In this document: one piece after another, positions 29,379 to 41,261 of the stretch
How the letters are laid out: every line of letters starts with the position of its first letter
Numbering within the stretch: the first letter of the stretch is position 1
Assembly (NCBI GenBank): GCA_963830915.1
Contig: CAWHOE010000052.1
Span: 1 to 58,279 of the forward strand
Reading direction: 5' to 3'
Origin: a candidate division FCPU426 bacterium
GTDB lineage: Bacteria > Oederibacteriota > Muellerivitia > Muellerivitales > Muellerivitaceae
DNA: 58,279 bases
The notes under the pieces: model-generated
What the model saw: the letters and a program-made list of their open reading frames with translations, nothing else
The model's database searches: none
Told to the model about the DNA's origin: nothing
Made by a program: the position numbers and the translations under genes

Positions 29379-30572
29379 ATGCCCGTGCTTCTTCGTTATT
29401 GCCTTGAGTCCCTATGGCCACCATTCTTGCTTTCCACAGGATGCGTTGTTTTTATCTTGAATCTCCTTTTTTATCTTGAGCTTTTCCTTAAATACCTTCT
29501 TGTTTATCACGCCGGTATCATCAACTCATTCCTGCTTTTGCTTTATTACCAACCCAGTTTCCTTGTCTTGGCGGTCCCGATAGGTTTTCTCATCGCTTTG
29601 CTCATGGTCTTTGGAAGGTTGAGTGCGGACAGGGAAGCGCTTGCGCTAGAAAGCTGCGGATTTTCCCTTTGGGTCCTGATCTGGCCCATGATCGGGCTTG
29701 GATTCATGATGAGTCTATTTCTTGTGTTATTCATGGACACCATCCTGCCCTGGGGAAATACCTCGTTCCTGAAATTGGACTATAAGATCATCTCGGAAAA
29801 GTCCTCCATTGTGGTCAAAGAGAGGATTTTTATAAAAGACTTCACTGGTTATGTGCTTTATTTCGATCAAAAGGATGACGCGACAGGGAAATTAAGGAAC
29901 ATTACCGTGGAAATGATGGATGAAAGAGGGTATCCCTATCGGTTGGTGTTGGCCAGGGAGGGTTTCCTTCATCAAGATTTATCCAATTACCATGTGATCC
30001 TCGACCTCAAAGAAGGTTTCATGCAGCAAGTGGGCACCAAAAAAGATCCAAAACTTGATACGCTTATGCAAATGCAATTCAAGAATTGTGCCCTGGATTT
30101 AAGCGGTCAGCATATGAGTCAGGGCCCTATCGATTTCAGCGCGCCAATCAACATTTCAATGAAAGAATTGGCCCTGCGGGTCCAGAAAGAGAAAAGTGAG
30201 AATAAGGATACCCGTTATGAGGAAACCGAATTGCATAAGAAGATTTCCATCCCTTTTTCCGCTTTAGCCTTTGCCTTCATCGCCATCCCGCTTGGCCTCA
30301 TGACTAGGGCTGGATCCATCCTTGGCCCCTTGCTTTCCCTCGTGTTGGTGACCATTTACGAGGGTTTCATTCTTTATGGCTCGGCGGGGGGGCCAATGGG
30401 TGTGATATCGCCATTTATGGCAATGTGGCTGCCCAACCTATTCCTTGGCTTAGTGGGATTTGGCCTGGCTTATTGGTTGAACCATCGATGGGAATTTTGG
30501 AACAAGATTACTTTTCGCAAAAGGGACAGGGATAAGGGGCCATCGGGACCGCAGGGGATGGTTCCGAAATGA
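29379..30572 (+). CDS. LptF/LptG-family LPS export permease
   Basis: 3 TM + periplasmic domain + 3 TM; FGRLSADRE..ALESCG, ELHKKISIPFS, AIPLG, AMWLPNL. Confidence 0.9.
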   Translation: MPVLLRYCLESLWPPFLLSTGCVVFILNLLFYLELFLKYLLVYHAGIINSFLLLLYYQPSFLVLAVPIGFLIALLMVFGRLSADREALALESCGFSLWVLIWPMIGLGFMMSLFLVLFMDTILPWGNTSFLKLDYKIISEKSSIVVKERIFIKDFTGYVLYFDQKDDATGKLRNITVEMMDERGYPYRLVLAREGFLHQDLSNYHVILDLKEGFMQQVGTKKDPKLDTLMQMQFKNCALDLSGQHMSQGPIDFSAPINISMKELALRVQKEKSENKDTRYEETELHKKISIPFSALAFAFIAIPLGLMTRAGSILGPLLSLVLVTIYEGFILYGSAGGPMGVISPFMAMWLPNLFLGLVGFGLAYWLNHRWEFWNKITFRKRDRDKGPSGPQGMVPK

Positions 30573-32683
30573 AAAGACCCTTCGACAGAAAGTTTGAGTC
30601 GTTCCTTTCGGCCATGACTTTTTTATCCCTAACCTTATTCGCCGCCCAATCCCATGCCGATCTTTCCCTCTCGCTTGATTCAAAGGTCCATTTACAAGCC
30701 GATACGATCGAGTTTTTGAGGGATCAGAACCTTGTTATGGCCAAGGGACAGGTTCATATCCAACAGGGGTTGGTCCATCTCTATGCCGATCAGATCAGGT
30801 ATGACGTTACCGCTCAAGATATTCAGGCCACCGGACACGTGATATGGCAGAACGAGAATGAAGAGATAGAGGCTCAAACCCTGAACTATAACCTGAGATC
30901 CAAAATTGGACACGCGTTTAACATCAAGACCACATCCCCTCCCTGGGTAAGTACGGGTTCCGAGATAGATATTTTGGAGCAAAAAGTTGTCATTAAGGAC
31001 GCGGTAACGAGCACTTGTGATTTTCCGGCTGGTTACCGGCATTTTTACTTAAAGGCCGATAAGATCACTATCTATTCGGGGGATTACCTCGTGGCCGAAA
31101 ATGTTGTGTTGTATATAGGGAAGGTGCCTGTCTTTTATTTTCCATTCTTCGTAAAAACGATCCACGATATTCGTACACCTCTTTCGATCTCCACGGGCCA
31201 GACCGATTATTTGGGCAATTATGTTCTGTTGACCACGAATTACCTGTTCAATCCCACGAGTTATGGCTCTCTCTCGACCGATTATTTTTTCAAGAAGGGA
31301 TTGGGTCTTGGGTTACGTCATGAGATAGCCTTGAACGATTATTCCGTACTTTCTCTATATGGCTATGGCATCGATGAAAAAGACACCAACCACCTCCGTT
31401 GGGAATCAAGAATCCGAGGTTTGTGGGCTCTTTCCTCCAGCGTCCAAGGAAGGATTGAGGCGGATATCCCGGGAGATGGTATGTTCAGCCAGGATTATTC
31501 GGTCGCCCGTCGAGACCCGAGCCTGGTATCAACTCAAAGGGAATACGATCTTTCGGCGACTCTCAGCCGCCAGCAATATTCATTAGGAGTTTTATTCAGA
31601 AGGCAGGAGACCCCGAATTTCAACGATACTACCGATACCATCGAAAGTCATTTCAACCGGAGTCTTCAGACCCTGCCTCAATTGAACTTCAGCCTTTTTC
31701 CCCAGCGGTTGATCGGCAGTAATTGGTTAAAGTGGGATTTAAGCCTCAATGGGGACCATACTTGGACCCAGGCGGATGGTTATTATGTGAACCATTTGAC
31801 GGGAGAATTAGGAATAAGCCAGAGCGTTTTATTGTTCCAGACCCAGACGATCTTCTCGCGATTCGCCATGGATGAAAATTATCAAAATTTAGCCGATATC
31901 GGTGGGACCAATTTTGGGGAGACCCACACAGTTAATACGAACAATACTTGGACAGGCCGTTGGACCGATTTTTTCACTTCGACTTTTTCGCATACATTCA
32001 ATCAGAAATTGGACAACCTTCTGCCGACGGATCCTCCTCACGGCATTACTTCAAACCTGCTTACTGGATCCATGGAATTCACGGGTGGTTCGGTGTTCCG
32101 AACTACAACGAGTACTTCTTATGATTTTGGCGCTCAAGTCAGCACGGAATCAGCTCGACTTTCATATCTTAGGCAAGAGATATACCTCACTCCATCCCCT
32201 TATTATGATTATTTGGGAATCCTGGATTATTCGGTCGATGCCAATACGGTCAAGGATTTCAACACGGTCCTAAATATTCGCAGCCCGAGGGATATGTGGC
32301 GTTTCAGGATGTCAGGTAATTTTGTGGACCCAAATGTCAGTAATACCGGATATATCGGACCTGGAGGGGTTCCTTCCACCTTTGAGATCGCTGGGGAAGT
32401 GGATTTCGCATTCTTTACCAATTATCGGATTTCCATGATCGAAAGCTACGATGTGACAAACGCTCAGTTCGAGACAAGAAGCATCAGCATTTATCGGGAT
32501 CTGCATGATTGGGAAGCGCAATTAAGCTATACCCAGGATCCCATCCAGGGTTCCAAGGCTTTTTTTACCCTGAACCTGAAAGCCTTCCCGGGCAGGCCTT
32601 TGACAGTGTCGAATGATCAACTTAACCAGATCAACGGCATCCGGAATCAGGGCTTGACCGGCTCCGCTACCCAGTTCCAATGA
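30569..32683 (+). CDS. lptD: LPS-assembly protein LptD
   Basis: Signal peptide; OstA-like N-domain ([17 protein letters not shown]); [14 protein letters not shown]-terminal barrel YRDLHDWE. Confidence 0.8.
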   Translation: MKRPFDRKFESFLSAMTFLSLTLFAAQSHADLSLSLDSKVHLQADTIEFLRDQNLVMAKGQVHIQQGLVHLYADQIRYDVTAQDIQATGHVIWQNENEEIEAQTLNYNLRSKIGHAFNIKTTSPPWVSTGSEIDILEQKVVIKDAVTSTCDFPAGYRHFYLKADKITIYSGDYLVAENVVLYIGKVPVFYFPFFVKTIHDIRTPLSISTGQTDYLGNYVLLTTNYLFNPTSYGSLSTDYFFKKGLGLGLRHEIALNDYSVLSLYGYGIDEKDTNHLRWESRIRGLWALSSSVQGRIEADIPGDGMFSQDYSVARRDPSLVSTQREYDLSATLSRQQYSLGVLFRRQETPNFNDTTDTIESHFNRSLQTLPQLNFSLFPQRLIGSNWLKWDLSLNGDHTWTQADGYYVNHLTGELGISQSVLLFQTQTIFSRFAMDENYQNLADIGGTNFGETHTVNTNNTWTGRWTDFFTSTFSHTFNQKLDNLLPTDPPHGITSNLLTGSMEFTGGSVFRTTTSTSYDFGAQVSTESARLSYLRQEIYLTPSPYYDYLGILDYSVDANTVKDFNTVLNIRSPRDMWRFRMSGNFVDPNVSNTGYIGPGGVPSTFEIAGEVDFAFFTNYRISMIESYDVTNAQFETRSISIYRDLHDWEAQLSYTQDPIQGSKAFFTLNLKAFPGRPLTVSNDQLNQINGIRNQGLTGSATQFQ

Positions 32684-32815
32684 TCCGATAAATCCATTCC
32701 CTGTCTTGAAATAAACCAACCCTTATTGGATATTCCATCTTCGGCCAACGGTGGAAATCGGGGCCGAAATGAGATCATAATAGTTAGTTGCCATTTCCAA
32801 GAAAGCACGGCCATC

Positions 32816-35695
32816 ATGAAGATCGACAAAATTGTTGTTCGCGGAGCCAGAGAACATAACCTCAAGAACATCTCAGTGGAGATACCGCGGGATAAACTGG
32901 TCGTCATTACCGGCGTATCTGGCTCGGGCAAATCTTCTTTGGCTTTTGATACCCTCTATGCGGAGGGCCAGCGCCGTTATGTCGAGTCGCTTTCATCCTA
33001 CGCCCGGCAGTTCCTGGGATTGATGGAAAAACCGGATGTTGATTTGATCGAAGGTCTGTCTCCTGCGGTGGCTATCCAACAGAAGGGGGGGAGCAAGAAT
33101 CCCCGTTCAACTGTTGGAACCACGACTGAAATCTATGATTATCTTCGTCTTTTATTCGCCCGGGTTGGTACTCCCCATTGCATCAATTGCGGACGGCCGA
33201 TCACCCGTCAGACCGTTCAACAGATCGTGGACCGGGTATTTTCACAACCTGAGGGGACCCGGTTGCAGATCTTGTCGCCCCTCATTTCAAGCCGTAAGGG
33301 TGAATATAAAAAGATCTTTGATCAAGTCCGAAAAGATGGTTTTGTCCGCGTACGGGTGGATGGTGAAATCTTGGATCTTTCGGAAGATATACCTTTGGAG
33401 AAGAACCGGAAACATGATATCGAGGTGGTTATCGACCGCTTGGTGCTGAAAAGCGATATCAAGAAAAGATTGGCCGATTCCCTGGAAACGGCTCTGAAGT
33501 ATGGGGATGGTGTGGTAAAAATCCTGCAGGGTTCGGGCGCCAAAACTGAGGAACATCTATTTTCAGAACATTATGCCTGTGTTTATTGCGGAATAAGCGT
33601 GGAAGAGCCGGCGCCTAGAAATTTCTCCTTCAACAATCCACACGGAGCCTGTCCGGCTTGTTCGGGAATGGGATACAAAATGGAAGCGGATCCTGTGCTG
33701 GTAGTGGATCCCGAAAAGACCGTGGAAGAAGGGGCGGTCGATCCTTACAACTCCCCCAAGGCCCTTTATTACCAGAACCTCCTGGAAGGAGTATGCCACC
33801 ATTTCAAAGTCGGGTTGGATATTCCATTCAAGAAAATGCCGAAGAATGTCCAGGATGCCATCCTTTACGGCACCCAAGACGACATCGAGTTCAAGATCAA
33901 AAAAGGAACTTACGTTCAGAAATATTGGGGCACATTCGAGGGAGTCATCCCGAATCTGGAACGCCGTTACCATGAGACCGATTCAGAATCCATTCGGGAG
34001 GATATCGAGAACTATCTTTTGAGCAAGCCCTGCCGTGCCTGTAAGGGAACCCGTTTGAAACCGGAAAGTCTTGCCGTGACCATTGGGGAACTCAACATCA
34101 TCGATATCACCCATTTCTCGGTGAAAAAATGCATTCAATTCTTTGAGACCTTGAAGCTGGACGCTCGAACGTTGACCATCGCGGGTCAAATCCTTAAAGA
34201 AGTCAAAAGCCGACTGGGTTTTCTGAAAAACGTGGGCCTTGATTATCTGACCATGGATCGTATGACCGCTTCGCTTTCGGGTGGAGAAGCCCAACGGATC
34301 CATCTTGCCACTCAGATTGGAAGCGCGTTAGTGGGTGTCCTATATATCCTGGATGAGCCTTCCATCGGGCTGCATCAAAGGGACAATGTCAAGTTGTTGG
34401 CCACACTTAAGCATCTTCGAGATATCGGGAACACCATAATTGTTGTGGAGCATGACGAGGATACCATCGAAGCGGCGGACCATGTCATCGATATGGGATT
34501 GGGAGCGGGTTTGCAAGGCGGGGAAGTGATCGCGGAGGGAAGTTTACCTAAGATCCTGGCCAACCAACGATCGCTGACGGGTCAATATATTTCCGGCAGA
34601 TTATCCATCGAACCGAAATTAGGACCAGCTGAATCGAGAGAAAAACGCCTTTCTTTAAAGGGCGCGACGATGAACAATCTGAAGAACTTGAATGTGGATA
34701 TCCCACTGGGATGTTTCGTGGCGGTCACAGGTGTATCGGGCTCTGGTAAAAGCACACTGGTCATGGAGACGCTCTATCCGGCTTTAATGCATAAGCTTTA
34801 TCACTTGCGGATGAAACCTGAGGGATACGAGTCCCTTGAAGGGGTGGAAAATATCGATAAGGTCATCGAGATCGACCAGTCGGCGATCGGACGTACTCCC
34901 CGTTCTAATTCAGCGACCTATACGGGACTTTTTACCCATGTGAGGGACTTGTTCTCCCGATTGCCGCAATCGAAAGCCAGGGGATATAAAGAAGGGAGGT
35001 TCAGCTTTAACGTCAAGGGCGGACGTTGCGAGGCGTGTGAAGGGGACGGCGTTATCAAGATCGAGATGCATTTCCTGCCGGATGTTTATGTCCCTTGCGA
35101 GGTATGTAAGGGGAAGCGTTACAACCGGGAAACCCTTGAGATCCAATACAAAGGGAAAAACATCGCTGAAGTCCTGGAACTGAGTGTGGAAGAAGCCCTG
35201 GTATTTTTCGCGGCCGTTCCAAAGATCAAGAGTATCCTGGTTACCCTGAACGATGTGGGTTTGGGTTATATCAAACTAGGGCAACCGGCCACTACTCTAT
35301 CTGGAGGGGAAGCGCAGAGGATTAAACTTTCGACCGAGTTGGGTAAAAGAAGTACGGGAAAAACATTCTACATTTTGGACGAACCGACCACTGGACTCCA
35401 CTTCGCGGATGTTCACCATCTGATCACTGTCCTGAAAAGACTGGTAGAGGCTGGGAATACCGTCTTAGTTATTGAGCATAATCTAGATGTCATCAAGACG
35501 GCGGACTATATCGTGGACCTGGGTCCGGAAGGAGGAGATGAAGGCGGAATGGTGGTGGCGACTGGTTCGGTCGATGATTTGATAGCCAACAGAAGGTCCC
35601 ATACCGGAAGGTTCTTGGCTGAAAAAATCCAAAAAGACCAAAACCGTGCGAGAAACACCAAGAAGTTGACCGTGCAAACCAGAATTGCACGTTGA
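32816..35695 (+). CDS. uvrA: Excinuclease ABC subunit A
   Basis: GAREHNLKN, two Walker A motifs (GVSGSGKS), two LSGGEAQRI signatures, zinc-finger CxxC pairs; ATG at 32816. Confidence 0.98.
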   Translation: MKIDKIVVRGAREHNLKNISVEIPRDKLVVITGVSGSGKSSLAFDTLYAEGQRRYVESLSSYARQFLGLMEKPDVDLIEGLSPAVAIQQKGGSKNPRSTVGTTTEIYDYLRLLFARVGTPHCINCGRPITRQTVQQIVDRVFSQPEGTRLQILSPLISSRKGEYKKIFDQVRKDGFVRVRVDGEILDLSEDIPLEKNRKHDIEVVIDRLVLKSDIKKRLADSLETALKYGDGVVKILQGSGAKTEEHLFSEHYACVYCGISVEEPAPRNFSFNNPHGACPACSGMGYKMEADPVLVVDPEKTVEEGAVDPYNSPKALYYQNLLEGVCHHFKVGLDIPFKKMPKNVQDAILYGTQDDIEFKIKKGTYVQKYWGTFEGVIPNLERRYHETDSESIREDIENYLLSKPCRACKGTRLKPESLAVTIGELNIIDITHFSVKKCIQFFETLKLDARTLTIAGQILKEVKSRLGFLKNVGLDYLTMDRMTASLSGGEAQRIHLATQIGSALVGVLYILDEPSIGLHQRDNVKLLATLKHLRDIGNTIIVVEHDEDTIEAADHVIDMGLGAGLQGGEVIAEGSLPKILANQRSLTGQYISGRLSIEPKLGPAESREKRLSLKGATMNNLKNLNVDIPLGCFVAVTGVSGSGKSTLVMETLYPALMHKLYHLRMKPEGYESLEGVENIDKVIEIDQSAIGRTPRSNSATYTGLFTHVRDLFSRLPQSKARGYKEGRFSFNVKGGRCEACEGDGVIKIEMHFLPDVYVPCEVCKGKRYNRETLEIQYKGKNIAEVLELSVEEALVFFAAVPKIKSILVTLNDVGLGYIKLGQPATTLSGGEAQRIKLSTELGKRSTGKTFYILDEPTTGLHFADVHHLITVLKRLVEAGNTVLVIEHNLDVIKTADYIVDLGPEGGDEGGMVVATGSVDDLIANRRSHTGRFLAEKIQKDQNRARNTKKLTVQTRIAR

Positions 35696-35721
35696 CGTTT
35701 ATTAACAGCAAAGGATATAAT
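35692..35721 (+). promoter_or_regulatory. Putative sigma70 promoter (TTGACG-18-TATAAT)
   Basis: TTGACG at 35692 and TATAAT at 35716, upstream of the AGGAG RBS of the second PorV-like gene. Confidence 0.5.
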
Positions 35722-35748
35722 TTTAATAAGTTTTTTTAGGAGAATCTC

Positions 35749-36705
35749 TTGTCCAAAATATTGAATAAATACTCCGCATTTGTTTTGTTTGTTGGCATTT
35801 TGGTTTTTTCCCAAACCGTTCAAGCCGGTGGACCGGGCAGCACAGGAGCTGTCGAACTTAAGATCCCTGTAGGGCCTAGGGCCATCGCCATGGGTCAAGC
35901 TTTCGTCGCGACCGCGGATGATGCCAATGCCGTCTATTGGAACCCTGCGGGTTTGTGTCAAATGGGGGGGACTCATATCACGGCGCAATACGACGTGTTC
36001 ATTGAAACCGTTCGATACGATTATTTCGCCATTGGGTCTAAGGTCAGTAATGACGCGGCTCTAGGGGCCGGGGTGAAACTGGTTTCCACCGGAACCGATC
36101 CTGGCACGAATGCTGATGGTACACCCAGCGGATTGAACGTTGGCGAAAGCTATATGGATATCGATCTGGCGGGCGCTTACCGGGTAAGCTATAACTTTGA
36201 TCTGGGACTTACCGTCAAGTATATTTCTAAAAATTTGGCGTCGGCCAATACAGCTTCTGACTTTGCCGTGGACATTGGCGGGCTTTATCACACACCCGTA
36301 CCTCATTTGACGGCTGGATTCAATCTCCAAAACATCGGGCCTGGTATGAAGTTTTATCAAGTCGCTGATCCCCTGCCATTTAATGTCAAGGTGGGTGTGG
36401 CGTATAAGATGTTCGAGGATAATTTCACAGTGGACTATGACATGAATTTCCCTAACGACAACGCTATTTCGGCGAATCTTGGCGGGGAGTACTGGTATAA
36501 GGATACTTTGGTGGGTCGCTTCGGCTACCAATTCCAGGGTACCATCGATCAAAATCAAGTGGGCATCGGGGGTAAGGCTGGTCTTTATCTTGGGGCGGGG
36601 GTGAAGATAGCGGCATTCAAGAATTACATCGGTTTGGATTACGCTTGGACCGATGATGGGTTCCTGGGGTCCAATCACCATTTCGCCTTGGATTTTTATT
36701 TCTGA
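35749..36705 (+). CDS. PorV/PorQ (UPF0164)-family outer-membrane beta-barrel protein
   Basis: Signal peptide; VGPRAIAMGQAFVATADDANAVYWNPAGL; LDYAW; C-terminal aromatic FYF. Confidence 0.87.
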   Translation: MSKILNKYSAFVLFVGILVFSQTVQAGGPGSTGAVELKIPVGPRAIAMGQAFVATADDANAVYWNPAGLCQMGGTHITAQYDVFIETVRYDYFAIGSKVSNDAALGAGVKLVSTGTDPGTNADGTPSGLNVGESYMDIDLAGAYRVSYNFDLGLTVKYISKNLASANTASDFAVDIGGLYHTPVPHLTAGFNLQNIGPGMKFYQVADPLPFNVKVGVAYKMFEDNFTVDYDMNFPNDNAISANLGGEYWYKDTLVGRFGYQFQGTIDQNQVGIGGKAGLYLGAGVKIAAFKNYIGLDYAWTDDGFLGSNHHFALDFYF

Positions 36706-36808
36706 GCCACTCCGGTCTCATTTCGCCGGTTTCTTCGACATGGACTTCTGCTGATGTTTTGTTAAAATCCTTCTGCTTCGCCAGGATAGACCGAAAGGGT
36801 TCCCAATC

Positions 36809-37465
36809 ATGAGTTCTGAACAAGAGATATTCGATAAATGCGGACGCACCTATAACGCCGGGGACATCATTTTCCGCGAGGGGGATGTTGGTAATGAGAT
36901 GTTCATCATCCAGTCGGGTAAGGTCAAGATCGCTAAACAGCTCAAGGATGGTGTGGAAAAGACTCTGGTCATACTGGGACCCGGTGATTTTTTTGGCGAA
37001 ATGGCTGTTATTGACAAGGATGTTCGCTCGGCTAACGCGGTAGCCATGGAGCCTTCCCGTTTGATCGCGCTGGACGAGGAAGTTTTCGAGATGCATATGC
37101 AGACCAACCCGAAGATCGTCAAAAAGATACTTAAAAACCTGACCTCGCGCCTTCGAGAATCGAACCAGCAGATCGCCAACCTGATGATCAAGGATGCCAA
37201 CCGCTTGGTAGCCAATACCATTCTCCTGGTCGTGCACAAGCACGGCGAGGAAGGGCCCAACGGCATCACGATGGACATCAACTTCAATATCCAAGAATTG
37301 AGCAAGATGTGCGGTTTGGATATGATCAAAACCCGAGAGATAGTCGATAAACTCATCAAAGCCAGGGTGATCAGCCTATCCGGCGAGACCATCGTGGTAA
37401 CCAGCCTGGAAAATCTTGAGAAATTCATTAAATTCCTCGAGATGAAAGAGCAGTTCGGGGAATAG
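36809..37465 (+). CDS. Crp/Fnr-family regulator (cNMP-binding + HTH)
   Basis: IIFREGD, GPGDFFGEMAVID...RSANA (intact phosphate-binding cassette); C-terminal HTH-like region. Confidence 0.85.
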   Translation: MSSEQEIFDKCGRTYNAGDIIFREGDVGNEMFIIQSGKVKIAKQLKDGVEKTLVILGPGDFFGEMAVIDKDVRSANAVAMEPSRLIALDEEVFEMHMQTNPKIVKKILKNLTSRLRESNQQIANLMIKDANRLVANTILLVVHKHGEEGPNGITMDINFNIQELSKMCGLDMIKTREIVDKLIKARVISLSGETIVVTSLENLEKFIKFLEMKEQFGE

Positions 37466-37579
37466 CCGCGCGCTTTGTTTTTTACCGCAGTCAAGTGGGG
37501 AATTTTTTAAACCGCCTGTTGCTTCCGTGACCGGTCCTGGGGTTAAATTGTTTTAACGGGACTTCATGGATATCTATGA

Positions 37580-38590
37580 ATGAACGAGCTTTATAAATCG
37601 AATAAGAGAGTATTTGTGCAATTAAAGGAACTGACAGCCCCTATTCAAAAGGATCTGGACCGGGTCGAGCAGGCTATTGCCCGTTCCCTGAGGACCGAGA
37701 ATATCTTTGTCCAACAGATGGTTGATTACCTGGCCAAGTCCGCGGGCAAACGCGCCAGGCCGGCATTGGCCATTCTTTCCGCGCGTTATTGCGGCAAGGT
37801 CACCGATGAGACGGTCGTTCTGGGGGCCTCATTGGAGATGCTCCACGTAGCCACCCTTATCCATGACGACATCATTGATAATTCTGCGACCCGCCGAAAA
37901 CAAAAGACCCTCAACTTTAAATGGGGTAACGAGATATCGGTCCTGATGGGGGATTATGTTTTCGCGTCATCCTTCTACTTGATGGCGAAAAACCTGCCTA
38001 AGGATGTGTTGGGTACACTGGCCGACACAACTAACATCATTTGCCGTGGGGAAATATCCGAGACTTTTAACCGCTTCAATGTGAATCTGACCGAAGAGCA
38101 ATATTTCCAAGTGGTGCGGGAAAAGACCGCCTGCCTTTTCGCAGCAAGCTGCCAAACGGGCGCGATGCTGGCCGGGGCGGACGGCCGTATGGTGGATCAT
38201 CTTTACCGGTTCGGTATGGGCATTGGAATGGCCTTCCAGATCATCGACGATACCTTGGACTATGTGGGCAAAGAGGCAAAGGTCGGCAAACCAGTCATGA
38301 GCGATCTGCGCGAGGGAAAACTCACCCTGCCGATCATCCACTGCTTGAATACTGGGACTGAGGCCGAGAAAAAACAACTCAAGAAGGTTATTTTGAAGAA
38401 GGTCAAGACCTTGAAGGATTTCCAGCTCATCACAAAAGTGCTGGCCAAATACGACGCTATCGAGCATTCGATCCGTGTGGCCAAGCTTTTCGTCGAGGAC
38501 GCCAAATCGTCCTTGACCCAACTGAACGGCCACCGGGATAAAAATGAGCTTTTGAAATTCGCTGATTTCCTCACGACACGCGATTTTTAA
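37580..38590 (+). CDS. Polyprenyl diphosphate synthase (IspB/HepT-like)
   Basis: GKRARP, first aspartate-rich motif HDDIID...RR, KTA, second motif FQIIDDTLD, DLREGKLTLP. Confidence 0.92.
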   Translation: MNELYKSNKRVFVQLKELTAPIQKDLDRVEQAIARSLRTENIFVQQMVDYLAKSAGKRARPALAILSARYCGKVTDETVVLGASLEMLHVATLIHDDIIDNSATRRKQKTLNFKWGNEISVLMGDYVFASSFYLMAKNLPKDVLGTLADTTNIICRGEISETFNRFNVNLTEEQYFQVVREKTACLFAASCQTGAMLAGADGRMVDHLYRFGMGIGMAFQIIDDTLDYVGKEAKVGKPVMSDLREGKLTLPIIHCLNTGTEAEKKQLKKVILKKVKTLKDFQLITKVLAKYDAIEHSIRVAKLFVEDAKSSLTQLNGHRDKNELLKFADFLTTRDF

Positions 38591-38697
38591 TCAAGTTCTA
38601 AGGTTACGATTCCGGTTATCGGGTCCTTGAATTTTAATAAGCCACTATGTATAGATGTGGCTGTTGAAGTTTCCAAACACTGCTCATAAGAGAGAAT

Positions 38698-39078
38698 ATG
38701 CTAGAACAATACGGATATGTCCTGGTTTTCCTGATCGCGGGGATATTCTTCATCCTCATGGCTTTCCTGACCGGTTGGGTATTGAGCCCGAACGGGTTGC
38801 TTGGCCTCCGGTATAAATTCAAGAAAGAGATCCTTGAGGACACATATGAATGCGGGGTCGAGACCTATGGTACCGCCTGGATCAGGTTCAATGTCAGTTT
38901 CTATCTTTACGCGCTTCTCTTCGTCATCTTCGACATCGAGACCGTGTTCCTCTATCCCTGGGCGGTTTCTTTCAAACCTTTAGGCATGTTCGGCTTCGGC
39001 GAGATGATCGTATTCATCGCTATCCTGCTGGTAGGCCTGGCCTACGCGTGGAAGAAAGAGGCCTTGAAATGGGAATAG
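38698..39078 (+). CDS. nuoA: NADH-quinone oxidoreductase subunit A
   Basis: [24 protein letters not shown]. Confidence 0.95.
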   Translation: MLEQYGYVLVFLIAGIFFILMAFLTGWVLSPNGLLGLRYKFKKEILEDTYECGVETYGTAWIRFNVSFYLYALLFVIFDIETVFLYPWAVSFKPLGMFGFGEMIVFIAILLVGLAYAWKKEALKWE

Positions 39079-39611
39079 ACTTGAAGAATGTTTCTCAACA
39101 CGAGATCCAGCAAATGGAAAGCGAGAGCCAGATCCCGGGGCTCTGGACCCTGGAAAAAGCGGTCGGGTTCATTTTCAAATGGGCCCGTAAGAATTCCCTC
39201 TGGCCGCTTCAGTTCGGGACCGCCTGCTGCGCTATCGAGATGATGTCCGCCGCCGGAGGCCGTTATGACCTCGCCCGTTTCGGTTCGGAGGTTTTCCGAC
39301 CCTCTCCCCGTCAGGCGGATCTTTTGATCGCCGCCGGGACCATCACGGAAAAGATGGGTTATGCCCTCAAGAAACTCTATGAACAAATGCCAAAACCCAG
39401 TTGGGTCATCGCCATGGGAAGCTGCACCATCGCCGGCGGGCCTTATTACTATGATTCCTATACCGTCGTGAAAGGGATCGATTCTTTCATCCCAGTGGAT
39501 GTTTACGTCCCTGGGTGTCCGCCCCGCCCCGAGTCCCTGATCCATGGGTTGATGGCCATCCAGAAGAAGATCGAGGATGAGCCGGTTTTCCGTAGAAGGA
39601 AGAATCTCTAG
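39069..39611 (+). CDS. nuoB: NADH-quinone oxidoreductase subunit B
   Basis: [29 protein letters not shown]; start at ATG 39069 overlapping nuoA. Confidence 0.95.
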   Translation: MGIDLKNVSQHEIQQMESESQIPGLWTLEKAVGFIFKWARKNSLWPLQFGTACCAIEMMSAAGGRYDLARFGSEVFRPSPRQADLLIAAGTITEKMGYALKKLYEQMPKPSWVIAMGSCTIAGGPYYYDSYTVVKGIDSFIPVDVYVPGCPPRPESLIHGLMAIQKKIEDEPVFRRRKNL

Positions 39612-39653
39612 TCGATTGCTTATGAAGTCCAGAATATGGGGAGTTAGTTCGAC

Positions 39654-40121
39654 ATGACGAATGATGAGATAAAATCCAGGATCGAGACAGACTTTCAAGG
39701 CGAGGTCCTGTCGGTGGTCATATCCGCCCAAAAAGAGGTCATTGTCATCGCCAAGCAAGATTCCTATATCACTCTTTGCCAGGGCTTCAAGGATCGCCAA
39801 GGTTACGATCATCTTTCCAGTCTGACCGCGGTCGACTATCCCAAAGAAAACAAGATCACCATTGTTTGCCACTTCTGGTCCTATAAAAACCTCTCCCAGA
39901 TCACGGTTAAACTGGACACTCCTCGGGACAATCCTCGGGTTCCCACCCTTGAGAATATTTGGAAGAGCGCCAATTGGTTCGAGAGGGAAGTGTACGACCT
40001 TTACGGCGTCATCTTCGAGGGCCATTCGGATCTGCGCCGCATCATGATGCCGGATGACTATTTGAAGCATCCTTTAAGGAAGGACTTTACGGATGACGGA
40101 TTTATTGTTAAGCCGAGTTAA
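39654..40121 (+). CDS. nuoC: NADH-quinone oxidoreductase subunit C
   Basis: [30 protein letters not shown]. Confidence 0.95.
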   Translation: MTNDEIKSRIETDFQGEVLSVVISAQKEVIVIAKQDSYITLCQGFKDRQGYDHLSSLTAVDYPKENKITIVCHFWSYKNLSQITVKLDTPRDNPRVPTLENIWKSANWFEREVYDLYGVIFEGHSDLRRIMMPDDYLKHPLRKDFTDDGFIVKPS

Positions 40122-41238
40122 AGCGGACGATCTTTCCCGCTTGGGCACGGATGATTATGTCGTCAATATGGGTCCCCAACATCCGGCGACCCACGGTGTG
40201 CTGCGTCTGGTCGTGAAGCTGGACGGCGAGACCGTCAAGCAGACCACGCCTGTCTTGGGCTACCTCCATCGTTCCATCGAGAAGATCTGCGAGAATCGGA
40301 CCTACCCCCAGTGCATCACCTATACGGACCGGGTGGATTATGTATCGGCCATGAGCGTTAACCTGGCGTTCGCCCTTGCCGCGGAACGTTTGATGGGAAT
40401 AGAAGCCCCAGCCCGGGCACAATGGCTTCGCATGATATTCGTGGAACTTCAAAGGCTGGCCAGCCATCTTTTGTGGATGGGCGCTTTTGGCGGCGACCTG
40501 GGCGCCTTGACCCCTTTCCTGTACGGATTACGGGAAAGAGAGAGGATCCTTGACCTTTTCGAAATGACCTGCGGTCAGAGGTTGACCTACAATTACATCC
40601 GCATCGGCGGTGTCATGATCGACATCCTTCCCGAGTTCGTCCCGCGGTGCAGATCCTTCCTGGATTACTTCGAACCGAAGGTGGACGAGTACGAGGACCT
40701 GCTGACCTATAACCCCATCTTCCTGGAACGCACCAAGGGAGTGGGTGTCCTGACGGCAGAGGATGGTATCAATTGCGGGGTATCGGGCCCCTCCCTTCGC
40801 GGCTCGGGGGTTCCCTGCGATGTGCGCAAGCAGCAGCCTTACCTCTTTTATGACCAGGTGAAATTCAATGAGCCCTTGGAACAGGGAGGGGATTGCTGGA
40901 GTCGTTACAAGGTGCGAATGAACGAGATGAGGGAAAGCGTGTCCATCATCCGGCAATGTCTGGACAAACTGGAACCGGGGCCGTTCGAAGCCAAGATGCC
41001 CCCTATCCTGAAAGCCCCTCCGGCCAGCGAGATATATTCCCGTATCGAATCCTCGCGTGGGGAGATGGGCATTTATTTGGTAGGGGATGGAACCCCCAAG
41101 CCCTGGAAGGCCAAGTTCCGCTGCGCCTCTTTCAACAACCTCTATGTCCTGGACGCCTTGACCAGGGGTTGGAAAGTGGCTGACATCATGGCGGTGTTGG
41201 GAAGCTTCGATATGATCGTGCCGGAAGTCGATCGCTGA
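40093..41238 (+). CDS. nuoD: NADH-quinone oxidoreductase subunit D
   Basis: [25 protein letters not shown]-terminal PEVDR; lacks the NiFe-binding CxxC pairs. Confidence 0.95.
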   Translation: MTDLLLSRVKADDLSRLGTDDYVVNMGPQHPATHGVLRLVVKLDGETVKQTTPVLGYLHRSIEKICENRTYPQCITYTDRVDYVSAMSVNLAFALAAERLMGIEAPARAQWLRMIFVELQRLASHLLWMGAFGGDLGALTPFLYGLRERERILDLFEMTCGQRLTYNYIRIGGVMIDILPEFVPRCRSFLDYFEPKVDEYEDLLTYNPIFLERTKGVGVLTAEDGINCGVSGPSLRGSGVPCDVRKQQPYLFYDQVKFNEPLEQGGDCWSRYKVRMNEMRESVSIIRQCLDKLEPGPFEAKMPPILKAPPASEIYSRIESSRGEMGIYLVGDGTPKPWKAKFRCASFNNLYVLDALTRGWKVADIMAVLGSFDMIVPEVDR

Positions 41239-41261
41239 ATCAAAAGGAATAAGGCAGGCCA

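Noticed and set aside
32726..32815. Extended uvrA start and a possible LexA box
   Set aside because: Homology begins at [15 protein letters not shown] (32816), and I recognised no SOS box.
40093..41238. Group 4 [NiFe]-hydrogenase interpretation of the nuoEFG-less cluster
   Set aside because: The large subunit lacks both CxxC Ni-binding motifs and has the NuoD quinone-site signature.
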